DNA of 61,707 nucleotides from Coriobacteriales bacterium (lineage in GTDB: Bacteria > Actinomycetota > Coriobacteriia > Coriobacteriales > UMGS124), in the NCBI GenBank assembly GCA_048173955.1, contig DBEYOB010000149.1, positions 1 to 61,707 on the forward strand, read 5' to 3'. Below, piece after piece: positions 43,737-52,899 of the stretch (its first letter is position 1; the number at the start of each line of letters is the position of its first letter). The translations under genes and the position numbers were made by a program. A model generated the notes under the pieces. It worked only from the letters and a program-made list of their open reading frames with translations, had not been told where the DNA came from and made no database searches.

Positions 43737-46700
43737 TTACGCGAAGTACGCCACGCCGCCCTCGAACAGCGGCTGGTAGGTGTTGCCCGGCACGTTCTTG
43801 TAGAGGCCCACGCCGCTGCGCTCGCTGTGGCCCATCTTACCGAAGATGCGGCCGTCGGGGCTCGTGATGCCCTCGATTGCCAGCACACTGCCGTTGGGGT
43901 TCACCGCCAGGTCCATGCCCGGCACGCCGTCGGCGTCCACGTACTGCGTGGCGATCTGGCCGTTGGCCTTGAGCTGCGCGACCGTCTCGGGGGAGGCGAC
44001 GAAGCGGCCCTCGCCGTGGCTGATGGCGACGGTGTGGACGTCGCCGACCTCGCACTTGCTCAGCCAGGGCGACAGCGTCGAGGCGACGCGGGTGTCCACG
44101 AGGCGGCTCTGGTGGCGGCCGATGGTGTTGAACGTCAGCGTGGGGCAGGTGTCGTCCATCGGGCGGATGTCGCCGAAGGGCACCAGGCCGAGCTTCACGA
44201 GCGCCTGGAAGCCGTTGCAGATGCCCAGCATCAGGCCGTCGCGGGCCTGCAGCAGGTCGCGCACCGCCTCGGTGACCGCCGGGGCGCGGAAGAACGCCGT
44301 GATGAACTTGGCGCTGCCGTCGGGCTCGTCGCCGCCCGAGAACCCGCCGGGCAGCATGACGATCTGGCTGTCGCGGATGGCGTCGACCAGGGCCTGGGCG
44401 CTCTCGGTCACCGCCTGGGGCGTCAGGTTGTTCACGACGAGCACGTGCGCCTCGGCCCCGGCGCGCTCGAAGGCGTGCGCGGTGTCGTACTCGCAGTTGG
44501 TGCCGGGGAACACGGGGATCACCACGCGCGGTTTGGCGACGCGCGGGCCGGTGTAGACGTGTGCCGCCTTCTCGCCGAAGCTCACGGTCTCGACCTTCTC
44601 GCCTGCGCCGCGATAGGGGAACACCCCCTCGATCGCGTGCTCCCACATCTCCTGCAGGTCGGCGAGGTCGACGGTCTCGCCGCCGGCCGAGAACGTGTAG
44701 TCGGCGCAGGTGCATCCGATGGGTACGACGCTCGCGTTGGCGGTGGAGTCGGGCAGCTCGGCGCCCTCCTCGAGCTCGACGACGAAGCTGCCGTAGGCCA
44801 GGTTGAACAGCGCGTTTTGCGGGAACACGGCGTTGGCCGCAAACCCGATGCGGTTGCCGACGCACATCTTGAAGAGCGCCTCGGCCAGCCCGCCGTAGCC
44901 CGGGGTTGACACGGCGAGCACCTTCTCGTCGGCGATGAGCTTCTCGACCAGGTCGAACGCCTCGAGCAGACCCTGCGCGTCGGGCACGATCGAACCCATG
45001 TCGGCGGTCGGCTCGACGACCACGACGCGGCTGCCGGGCTGCTTGAACTCGGGCGACACGATGCGGTCGACGCTGCCCACGGCGGTGGCGAAGCTCACCA
45101 GCGTGGGCGGCACGTCGAGCTGCTCGAAGCTGCCGCTCATCGAGTCCTTGCCGCCGATGGCTCCCACGCCGAGGTCGGCCTGGGCCATGAGCGCGCCGAG
45201 TACCGAGGCGACGGGCTTGCCCCAGCGCTTGGGTTCGTCGCGCAGCTTCTCGAAGTACTCCTGGAACGTGAGGTACGCCTTGCGGTGCTCGAAGCCGGCG
45301 GCCACGAGCTTGGATACGCTCTCGACCACGGCCAGGTATGCGCCCGTGAACTGGTTCTTCTCGGACAGGTAGGGGTTGAAGCCCCACGCCATGCCCGAGC
45401 ACGTCGAGGTCTCGCCGTCGACGGGCAGCTTGGCCACCATCGCCATGCTCGGCGTGAGCTGGGTGGCGCCGCCGAAGGGCATGAGCACCGTGGCCGCGCC
45501 GATCGTGGAGTCGAAGCGCTCGGAGAGGCCCTTGTTCGAGGCGACGTTGAGGTCGGTCACCACGGAGCGCATGAGCTGGGCGAGCGAGGTCCCGCGCCAG
45601 GCGGGCGCGTAGTCGTCGCCCTTCTCGACCAGGACGCGGGCGTGCTTGGGCGCGCCGTTGGAAGCGAGGAAGTCGCGGCTCACGTCGACGATGGTGGCGC
45701 CGTTCCACATCATGCGCACGCGCGGCTCGGCGGTCACCGTGGCGATGGGCGTGGCCTCGAGGTTCTCCTCGTGGGCATAGGCGATGAACTGGTCGACGTC
45801 CGCGGCCGCCAGCGCAACGGCCATGCGCTCCTGGCTCTCGGAGATGGCGAGCTCGGTGCCGTCGAGGCCGTCGTACTTCTTGGGCACGGCGTCGAGGTTC
45901 ACGAGCAGGCCGTCGGCGAGCTCGCCCACGGCCACGCTCACGCCGCCGGCGCCGAAGTCGTTGCAGCGCTTGATGAGGCGGCACGCGTCGCCGCGGCGGA
46001 ACAGACGCTGGATCTTGCGCTCCATGGGCGGGTTGCCCTTCTGCACCTCCGCGCCGTCCTTCTCGATGGACTCCACGTTGTGCGCCTTGGAGCTGCCCGT
46101 GGCGCCGCCGATGCCGTCGCGGCCCGTGCGGCCGCCGAGCAGTACCACGACGTCGCCGGGGGCGGGCGTCTCGCGCCTCACGTGGTCGGCCGGGGTGGCG
46201 CCCACCACGGCGCCGATCTCCATGCGCTTGGCGGCGTAGCCGGGGTGGTACAGCTCGCTCACCTGGCCGGTCGCCAGGCCGATCTGGTTGCCGTAGCTCG
46301 CGTAGCCGGCCGCGGCGGTCGTCACGAGCTTGCGCTGCGGCAGCTTGCCGGGCATCGTCTCGGAGACGGGCACGGTGGGGTCGGCCGCGCCGGTGACGCG
46401 CATGGCCTGGTAGACGTAGCTGCGCCCCGAGAGCGGGTCGCGGATGGCGCCGCCCAGGCAGGTGGCCGCGCCGCCGAAGGGCTCGATCTCGGTGGGGTGG
46501 TTGTGGGTCTCGTTCTTGAAGAGGTAGAGCCAGTCCTGCTCCTCGCCGTCGACATCGACCTTCACCTTGACGGTGCAGGCGTTGACCTCCTCGGACTCGT
46601 CGACGCCGGTGAGGACGCCCTTGGCCTTGAGCCAGCGCGCGCCCAGGGTGCCCATGTCCATGAGGCACACGGGCTTGGCGTCGCGACCGAGTTCGTGGCG

Positions 46701-47513
46701 CATCTGCAGGTAGCGGTCGTAGGCCTTGGCGACCTGCGGGTCGTCGATCTGGAAGCTGTCGAGCTGGGTGCCGAAGGTGGTGTGGCGGCAGTGGTCGCTC
46801 CAGTAGGTGTCGACGACCTTGATCTCGGTGATGGTGGGGTCGCGGTCCTCGGAGCGGAAGTACTCCTGGCAGAACCGGATGTCCGCCAGGTCCATGGCCA
46901 GGCCGCGCTCGGCGACGAACGCGGCGAGGCCCTCGTCATCGAGCTCGTTGAAGCCGGTCAGGACCTCGACGGGCTCGGGGGTGGGGACGTCGGCCGCGAG
47001 CGTGTCGCGCAGGGCGAGCGCCGTCTCGCGCGCCTCGACGGGGTTGATGACGTAGCGCTTGATGGCCGCGAGCGCCTCGGGGGCGAGGTCGCAGTCGAAC
47101 GCGTAGAGCTTCGCGCAGCGCACGGTGGGGCGCTCGCCCTGGGAGATGAGCTGGATGCACTCGGCGGCGGAGTCGGCGCGCTGGTCGAACTGGCCGGGCA
47201 GCGACTCCACGGCGAACAGGGTCGCGCCCGCACCCTGCGCGACGATGCCCTGGCCGCTTCCGGGCGCGCCGACCACGGCGCCCGCGACGGGCAGTTCGCG
47301 CGACGCGTTGTCGACCTGCGGCTCGGAGAACACCGTGGGCACGCACGCCTCGAAGAGCTCGTCCGAGATGCCCTCGACGTCGTAGACGTTGATGACGCGC
47401 AGCGTCGCCGCGGGCGGCAGCCCGTCGCCGACGACGGTGCGCAGCTCGGCGAGCAGCTGCTGCGCCTCGACGTCGAAGCCGGGTTTCTTCTCAACGTAGA
47501 TGCGTGAAACCAT
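43737..47513 (-). CDS. purL: Phosphoribosylformylglycinamidine (FGAM) synthase, large single-chain form
   Basis: 1258 aa. N-terminal MVSRIYVEKKPGFDVEAQ, AIR-synthase-like repeats, and a C-terminal glutamine amidotransferase with GICNGFQ and a later HGEG. Confidence 0.97.
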   Translation of the reverse strand: MVSRIYVEKKPGFDVEAQQLLAELRTVVGDGLPPAATLRVINVYDVEGISDELFEACVPTVFSEPQVDNASRELPVAGAVVGAPGSGQGIVAQGAGATLFAVESLPGQFDQRADSAAECIQLISQGERPTVRCAKLYAFDCDLAPEALAAIKRYVINPVEARETALALRDTLAADVPTPEPVEVLTGFNELDDEGLAAFVAERGLAMDLADIRFCQEYFRSEDRDPTITEIKVVDTYWSDHCRHTTFGTQLDSFQIDDPQVAKAYDRYLQMRHELGRDAKPVCLMDMGTLGARWLKAKGVLTGVDESEEVNACTVKVKVDVDGEEQDWLYLFKNETHNHPTEIEPFGGAATCLGGAIRDPLSGRSYVYQAMRVTGAADPTVPVSETMPGKLPQRKLVTTAAAGYASYGNQIGLATGQVSELYHPGYAAKRMEIGAVVGATPADHVRRETPAPGDVVVLLGGRTGRDGIGGATGSSKAHNVESIEKDGAEVQKGNPPMERKIQRLFRRGDACRLIKRCNDFGAGGVSVAVGELADGLLVNLDAVPKKYDGLDGTELAISESQERMAVALAAADVDQFIAYAHEENLEATPIATVTAEPRVRMMWNGATIVDVSRDFLASNGAPKHARVLVEKGDDYAPAWRGTSLAQLMRSVVTDLNVASNKGLSERFDSTIGAATVLMPFGGATQLTPSMAMVAKLPVDGETSTCSGMAWGFNPYLSEKNQFTGAYLAVVESVSKLVAAGFEHRKAYLTFQEYFEKLRDEPKRWGKPVASVLGALMAQADLGVGAIGGKDSMSGSFEQLDVPPTLVSFATAVGSVDRIVSPEFKQPGSRVVVVEPTADMGSIVPDAQGLLEAFDLVEKLIADEKVLAVSTPGYGGLAEALFKMCVGNRIGFAANAVFPQNALFNLAYGSFVVELEEGAELPDSTANASVVPIGCTCADYTFSAGGETVDLADLQEMWEHAIEGVFPYRGAGEKVETVSFGEKAAHVYTGPRVAKPRVVIPVFPGTNCEYDTAHAFERAGAEAHVLVVNNLTPQAVTESAQALVDAIRDSQIVMLPGGFSGGDEPDGSAKFITAFFRAPAVTEAVRDLLQARDGLMLGICNGFQALVKLGLVPFGDIRPMDDTCPTLTFNTIGRHQSRLVDTRVASTLSPWLSKCEVGDVHTVAISHGEGRFVASPETVAQLKANGQIATQYVDADGVPGMDLAVNPNGSVLAIEGITSPDGRIFGKMGHSERSGVGLYKNVPGNTYQPLFEGGVAYFA

Positions 47514-47842
47514 GATCCCTGCCTTCTTCTCCGGGTGCGCTGCCCGGGTGCGCGTGCGTCCCCGCCGCGCGTGCGGCGCGACCGTGTGGTCGTGCCAGGG
47601 CGGCGCGCGGTTCCGCGGGCGGATATGTGTCTACGACCATAATAAAGCCTGCGGCGCGCTGTCGGGGCGCGCGTTGGCGGCCGGTGCGGGGATTTCAGCG
47701 GGTTTCCAGGGGAGGGGGGTATCGACAACGAAGTACGTCCGAGTGGAGGGGCGTCCAAGGGACGCTGGGCGGGGCTGCGTGGTCTGTGATGTGCCTCCGG
47801 GCTGGGACACTTGGGCGAGCTGGACGTCCGCATGCAGGAGCT

Positions 47843-48332
47843 TCAGTTGAGATAACCGATGCTGGGTTCGTTGGACTGCGAGTCGAGGTGGCTGCGGCCC
47901 TCTATTCCGAGGTGAGTGAGAGCGTCTGCGAGTCCAGGTAGTCCGGTGAGGTTGTGCGGTGCTTGAAGAACCCTTCCCTTATGCCAGAGTGTCATGCGTG
48001 CCTCAAATTGAAAGGCATTGCCGTAGGGTCGTGTGGCGGCGTTGTTCTTTGCGTTGCGGAATACGGGGCGCTCATCCGAGTGTGTAGCTGTAGCTACCGA
48101 GCCACCTCTGCGCGTCATACGTTCTTCCGTCTGGGTTGCAGCGCAGGTGTTCGAGAGACATGAGGCGTCCAGAGAAGGTCTCGGTGGCGCAGTTGTTGTG
48201 GCGATGGCGCGCGAATGTCTCTGCTGCCGAACAGGTTGTGCTGAGCGCCCCGACCGCGTGGATATCCCTCCTTTGTGGAAATGGGCCTACAGATTCGGAG
48301 CGCGACTCTCCCTCTCTGACCCTCTGGCCCAT
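47843..48332 (-). pseudogene. Possible degraded transposase/integrase-core fragment at the left edge of the low-GC island (very tentative)
   Basis: Two overlapping short minus-strand ORFs in different frames. One contains HNNCATETFSGRLMSLE, which weakly resembles the DNAxxExFFxxLKxE segment of rve-type transposases. Spacing to the expected upstream motifs does not fit well. Confidence 0.2.
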
Positions 48333-48482
48333 GCGCTTCTTTGACTGAGGGCTACGTTAGAGGGGTGGAGGTGATTTGTCTTCGAGTGGCAGAGGCGAAA
48401 AACTGGATGTAAAGTGTTCTATTGCGTTCGAAAAACTTAATCGCAAAACTTGAGAAAGCATGTTGTCGATTGCAGAAGTAAT

Positions 48483-48488
48483 TATAAT
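48483..48488 (+). promoter_or_regulatory. TATAAT -10 box in the AT-rich leader of the island operon. GAGGAGGG RBS at 48509-48516.
   Basis: Read from the sequence. No good -35 at 17 nt spacing. Confidence 0.3.
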
Positions 48489-48524
48489 CACCTGTAAGAA
48501 AGCCTAGCGAGGAGGGATGCGCCC

Positions 48525-51500
48525 ATGGGTTTTATCTCGGCAATCCGAGCTTTACTCAAGCGTAGAGTCTGTGTCGTTTTTCACGGAGTCGATACCGTCT
48601 ATGACGGGTGCGAACATTCCCCTGGCTATGACATTACAGGGTTGCCGAATGGATATACGGCTGATGTCTCTAATCTGGTCAGTATTCGAGATGCGACACC
48701 TGCACCGGTCGTTGTCAACTCGGCCGTTTGCAGTATAAAAAATATGGATGGAAAAGACGTGACGCACCGTTTCGCCATTTCATTCACGTCGACAACAATC
48801 ATGATTAGGCCTGCAGAGCTGATTATCAAAACGCTCTCGATGGATAAAGTGTACGACGGCGTGCCTTTAAAGCCTCCCTCTGCTGAGGTTTGCGGGCTTA
48901 TCGGGGAAGACGAAATTGTTTTCGATACAGTCGCCTCCCCTGCGGATGTAGGGAATTATTCAAGTCTTGTTAGGATTGATTGGGAACGTTCATCAGCAAG
49001 GCAGTCTAACTACAAGATTCGATTCCTAAAGGGCTCATTAGAAATAAAAGCACGCCCTCTCACTGTGATTGCCGGCAGTGCCGAGAAGGAGTATGACGGA
49101 AAACCACTTAAATATGACGCAGTAAATATAGAAGGACTTATTTCAGGCGAAACGCTATCTGTTCGTTGCATTGGGGAAATCACCGATGAAGGCGAGACAA
49201 CAAATTGTGCATTGATACGCTGGGGCGACTCTACGGCGCGACCTCAAAACTATGAGACGTCTCTGATTGATGGGCAGTTGGTTGTAATCAAAAGAACGTT
49301 CGATGTCGTAGCCTCGCCAACGCGATGCGTGTTCGATGACGAATCGCATTTTCCAAGACTGGAAATTCCCGACGGGGCAACAGTTCTATACAAAAGATGT
49401 GAGCAATATCGGGAAGTTGGGAAATATAGCGTTGGGTATACCCTGAAAGCCCCTCATTACTTCGATATGGAGGGGGTCGCCTCCCTTGTTATTGAACCGG
49501 CGCCGCTTGTTGTGAGGATTGTGGGGGGGCGTTTCCGTTATGACGGTATGGAACATCGAGCATCAATTGAGGTGGAGGGTTTGCCTGCGGGATACACCGC
49601 AGAGGTGACATCGAATGCAGTAGTAAAAAATGTTTCCGATGGACAAGTTATTGCAAGATGTGACGCTATTTCTATAAAAGATTCTCGCGGTATCGATATG
49701 ACACATTGTTTTTATGTGGACACAGCGCTCGAGGCTATTATCGAAGTGGTACCGACAACTTTACTTGTTTGCACATATGATGCAAGAAAAGAATATGATG
49801 GCAAGGCAATCGAGACGGGGGGTAAAGTTACCGGTCTCAAAAAGGGTGAGGCCGTTACTTTTAAGACAACTGGTCGCCAAATTGAAGTGGGAACAAGCCA
49901 AAACACTTATGAGCTGCTATTTGATGGAACTGCTCGCAAAGAGAATTACATCATTCGTGAGGCCCTTGGCAACTTGACCGTCGAACCGGCTTCAATCCGT
50001 GCAGAAGGCCTGAAACATGGCAAAGAGCAGGATTTCCCAACTGCTATCCAGATGGGCGAGTCGCTGATTGACTTACGAGGGAAGACGAAGCCTCGTCGAA
50101 TGATTGACGAATGGCGAACAGTAAAAGCAAGAAAAGACCGGATGTCTCGCCCGTATCGGGCGCGTCCGGTTGCTGAGCGTCCCGATCTGGACGAGGCGGG
50201 GCTTGGGAAGGACTTCAAACCGAGTTCCAACATCGTGCCGGCCCCGCTTCCGAAAAGACCATTCGTTCAGAAGCTCAGAGAATTTGAGACAAGGGCTTGT
50301 GAAGAGATAAAGACGCTCAACGAGAAGGATAACGAGGGCCTTTTGTTCCAGTGCTTTGGTCCGTTTGCAACCGAGCTTTCCGAGCTGTGTGAGGCCTTTA
50401 AGGAGTTATTTGATTATTACCGCACTAACCAAACAGGCGCACTCGTTCAAATTCATTCTAATTTTCAATGTGCATTTCTTCTGTATGTTGCCAATCTTGC
50501 CAGGAGTTGCTATCGGGATGACACGCTATGGCAGCGTCTTTTTAAAGAAAACGGGATTCGCGACCAGGGGACCCGTGTTCAGTTCAAAAAGATGTTCATC
50601 TCATATCTCTACCGTCGCGGGATGCCTGTCTATGAAGCCAATGAACGACACACCTACATGCTTGATACGGCCTTGCTACATTGTGGCCTCACGGCCGATC
50701 TCTGGCAATCACTCTGGAAGGATTCTTTTCTGCCTTTGGCGCGGGCGGCACGAAATGGATTGGACGGCATGCATCCCGATTTAACAGTCGATGAGGTCGT
50801 AGGCTCCATCCTAGGGCACGACGTAAAATTTAAGCCCAACGAAAGGGCATTCAATGTTTTGGTGAAAGCACCTCATGACGCGCTTCTTTCCCTTTTTTCG
50901 GCTTCATGGGAGGTTGCTCTCCAGATAGAAAAGAGCCATATTGAGAATGGAGGCTCTCATCAAGACATTGTGTTTGTGACAAGCTTTGGTCTGTCTGCTA
51001 CTGCTATGGACGCTCTGAACGAGGTTGTTCAAAAGAAAGGATCGAGAAGGACATCGGCGAAGGAAGTCGTATATTTCGACCGTGTCGGCTTTATCCTGGA
51101 TATGGAAAAGGACTGTGCCTGCATAGATTGGAATGCGACCCATTTCGATTCGTCATTTCAAGGAAAGAAAGTCGACTTCTACATCAACGGAGAACGCAAA
51201 CATCGAGAAGAACTAGTCACTCGAGCTGACGGATGCGTGCTGCCAAAAGGTTCTATCGAAATCAAACCTCGCGCTAGCTACGACATCGAAGTCCGAATCA
51301 TTGAGACGGTCGGTGGCGAGGAATGGGAGTGCGGATCATTCGCGCAGAGCTTCCAAAACAACAAGCCGGGTTGCTATGAGTTCATCTACGACGCAGTGAA
51401 GCGGCAATATCGATATCGCGAGCCTAATGTGCGCCTGCGGAGAGGGAAGGAAATCGCCTATCTGGTTGATGAGGGGCTTCGTGTCGAAGGTCGCGGAGGC

Positions 51501-52898
51501 ATGGAGCTCCTTGAAGAAAAAGATGCTCGCGGCGACTGGGAAGGAATGTCCATCTTTGTTTTTCAGGTTAAGCCGGGAGCTTCGGGTGCGATCATTAAAT
51601 GTGATACGGACGAAGAGCAGAGCGCTTGGCATGAAGACTACCGTATTCGCATCGACAAGGATAAAATCATCGGACGTACATCGGACGGCCTAGATTTGTA
51701 CGGACATGCTTTGGGTAGTGGTCGGACGGATGTCGCTTTGCCGTCCATCCTTATCGAGGCGTTTGAGGGTGCAGAAGCGGCTAGTGACCTCGAGATAGTC
51801 TTTTCCCGGAATGGTGTTAGAACCGAGCTGGAGACGACATGTAGCCCCGTCGAGGGGGCTGATTCGGTTGCAATTCGCCTTACTTTCTTGGCCCGTACTC
51901 AAGGTTTTGGCATCTCAAGTTCTTGTGAGCTTGCGGTTTATCAGAAAACGAGTGGCAAAACGGTCATGCGGTATCGCTTCGCGGTTGTGCCGCTGCAGGG
52001 CTTTAGACTTGTCGATGGAAAAGTGCTAGCACGTGAATCTCAGGCTATCTACGAGTTTTATGCCACTGAGGATATCGAAGTATCTCACGGGGAAGACGAA
52101 CTCGAACATATTGCCGTGGGTGAGCAGTTTAATTTTCAAGAGCCGTTGGATAAAGAATATGCCACTTTACACATCGCAACGCAGTTGACATCAATCGATG
52201 TTTGCCTGGCGTTGGTTGGCATAGTGGTCAAGATTCCCGAGAAGCTTTTTAAGATTGAAGAGACGGGACAAATTTGTTTGGGGTCGTACTTCGGCGTGCC
52301 TTTATCCCTTGCTGATGGGGCGATTTCAATCTCGTCTTTCTGCCCGCGTCGCAATCGGAGTGTCATGGTAAGACTCGGTGATGAAAAACTCGTTTATAAA
52401 AATTTGGAACGTTCAAGCGACATCTCCGCTAACGTTTTCTTGGATTTGGAGAAGTTTAAACCTTCAAGTGAAAAGGGTGTCCCGTTTGTGCGCGATATCC
52501 CGTTAGAGCTAACGGTTGCCTATGGCCATGAATTAGTAGGCGACAGACTTATGCGCTCTTCGGCAAAACTGCCCATTTTGGGGTGCTATCAAGGTCTCGG
52601 TTTTGAGACATGTAAGATTTATGCGAAAGAATCGGGCTTTTATCTTGGTTTTGGAGGGCATGAGGGGCGCACGGTTCCGGTTTGCGATGTAGTCGTGACT
52701 ATCAAAGACACCGCTATGAGGAAAGTGCTGCTCACTCAAGAACTCGATGCAGGGTGCGGTGGGTTTGATTTGCCCGTGGAGATAGCGCGGATGTATGAAG
52801 GGCGAAAAAGACTTTCGGTAGAAGTTGCTCCAACTTCGTTGTTTGGAGATGTTGATGATAGAGGCAAGTTGGTTTACGAAATGAAGCGAGGCGCGTAG
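48525..52898 (+). CDS. Giant (1457 aa) hypothetical protein. N-terminal third has six MBG/YDG-type repeats, the remainder has no recognisable domain, and there is no signal peptide. Candidate DruH-like partner of the downstream helicase.
   Basis: Uninterrupted 4.4-kb ORF in AT-richer DNA with a strong RBS. About 80-aa repeats carry K/RxYDG..G[LE]..NYxI..GxLxI. The stop lies 1 nt before the next ATG. Confidence 0.85.
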   Translation: MGFISAIRALLKRRVCVVFHGVDTVYDGCEHSPGYDITGLPNGYTADVSNLVSIRDATPAPVVVNSAVCSIKNMDGKDVTHRFAISFTSTTIMIRPAELIIKTLSMDKVYDGVPLKPPSAEVCGLIGEDEIVFDTVASPADVGNYSSLVRIDWERSSARQSNYKIRFLKGSLEIKARPLTVIAGSAEKEYDGKPLKYDAVNIEGLISGETLSVRCIGEITDEGETTNCALIRWGDSTARPQNYETSLIDGQLVVIKRTFDVVASPTRCVFDDESHFPRLEIPDGATVLYKRCEQYREVGKYSVGYTLKAPHYFDMEGVASLVIEPAPLVVRIVGGRFRYDGMEHRASIEVEGLPAGYTAEVTSNAVVKNVSDGQVIARCDAISIKDSRGIDMTHCFYVDTALEAIIEVVPTTLLVCTYDARKEYDGKAIETGGKVTGLKKGEAVTFKTTGRQIEVGTSQNTYELLFDGTARKENYIIREALGNLTVEPASIRAEGLKHGKEQDFPTAIQMGESLIDLRGKTKPRRMIDEWRTVKARKDRMSRPYRARPVAERPDLDEAGLGKDFKPSSNIVPAPLPKRPFVQKLREFETRACEEIKTLNEKDNEGLLFQCFGPFATELSELCEAFKELFDYYRTNQTGALVQIHSNFQCAFLLYVANLARSCYRDDTLWQRLFKENGIRDQGTRVQFKKMFISYLYRRGMPVYEANERHTYMLDTALLHCGLTADLWQSLWKDSFLPLARAARNGLDGMHPDLTVDEVVGSILGHDVKFKPNERAFNVLVKAPHDALLSLFSASWEVALQIEKSHIENGGSHQDIVFVTSFGLSATAMDALNEVVQKKGSRRTSAKEVVYFDRVGFILDMEKDCACIDWNATHFDSSFQGKKVDFYINGERKHREELVTRADGCVLPKGSIEIKPRASYDIEVRIIETVGGEEWECGSFAQSFQNNKPGCYEFIYDAVKRQYRYREPNVRLRRGKEIAYLVDEGLRVEGRGGMELLEEKDARGDWEGMSIFVFQVKPGASGAIIKCDTDEEQSAWHEDYRIRIDKDKIIGRTSDGLDLYGHALGSGRTDVALPSILIEAFEGAEAASDLEIVFSRNGVRTELETTCSPVEGADSVAIRLTFLARTQGFGISSSCELAVYQKTSGKTVMRYRFAVVPLQGFRLVDGKVLARESQAIYEFYATEDIEVSHGEDELEHIAVGEQFNFQEPLDKEYATLHIATQLTSIDVCLALVGIVVKIPEKLFKIEETGQICLGSYFGVPLSLADGAISISSFCPRRNRSVMVRLGDEKLVYKNLERSSDISANVFLDLEKFKPSSEKGVPFVRDIPLELTVAYGHELVGDRLMRSSAKLPILGCYQGLGFETCKIYAKESGFYLGFGGHEGRTVPVCDVVVTIKDTAMRKVLLTQELDAGCGGFDLPVEIARMYEGRKRLSVEVAPTSLFGDVDDRGKLVYEMKRGA

Positions 52899-52899
52899 C

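Noticed and set aside
47514-47720. Possible ZTP (pfl) or purine riboswitch in the purL leader.
   Set aside because: The reverse-complement leader has GGTCGTAGAC and GCCGCCCTGGCA, which only loosely resemble the pfl motif. The conserved CTGGCG and CCGCCTGGGC elements are not present. An Rfam scan would be needed.
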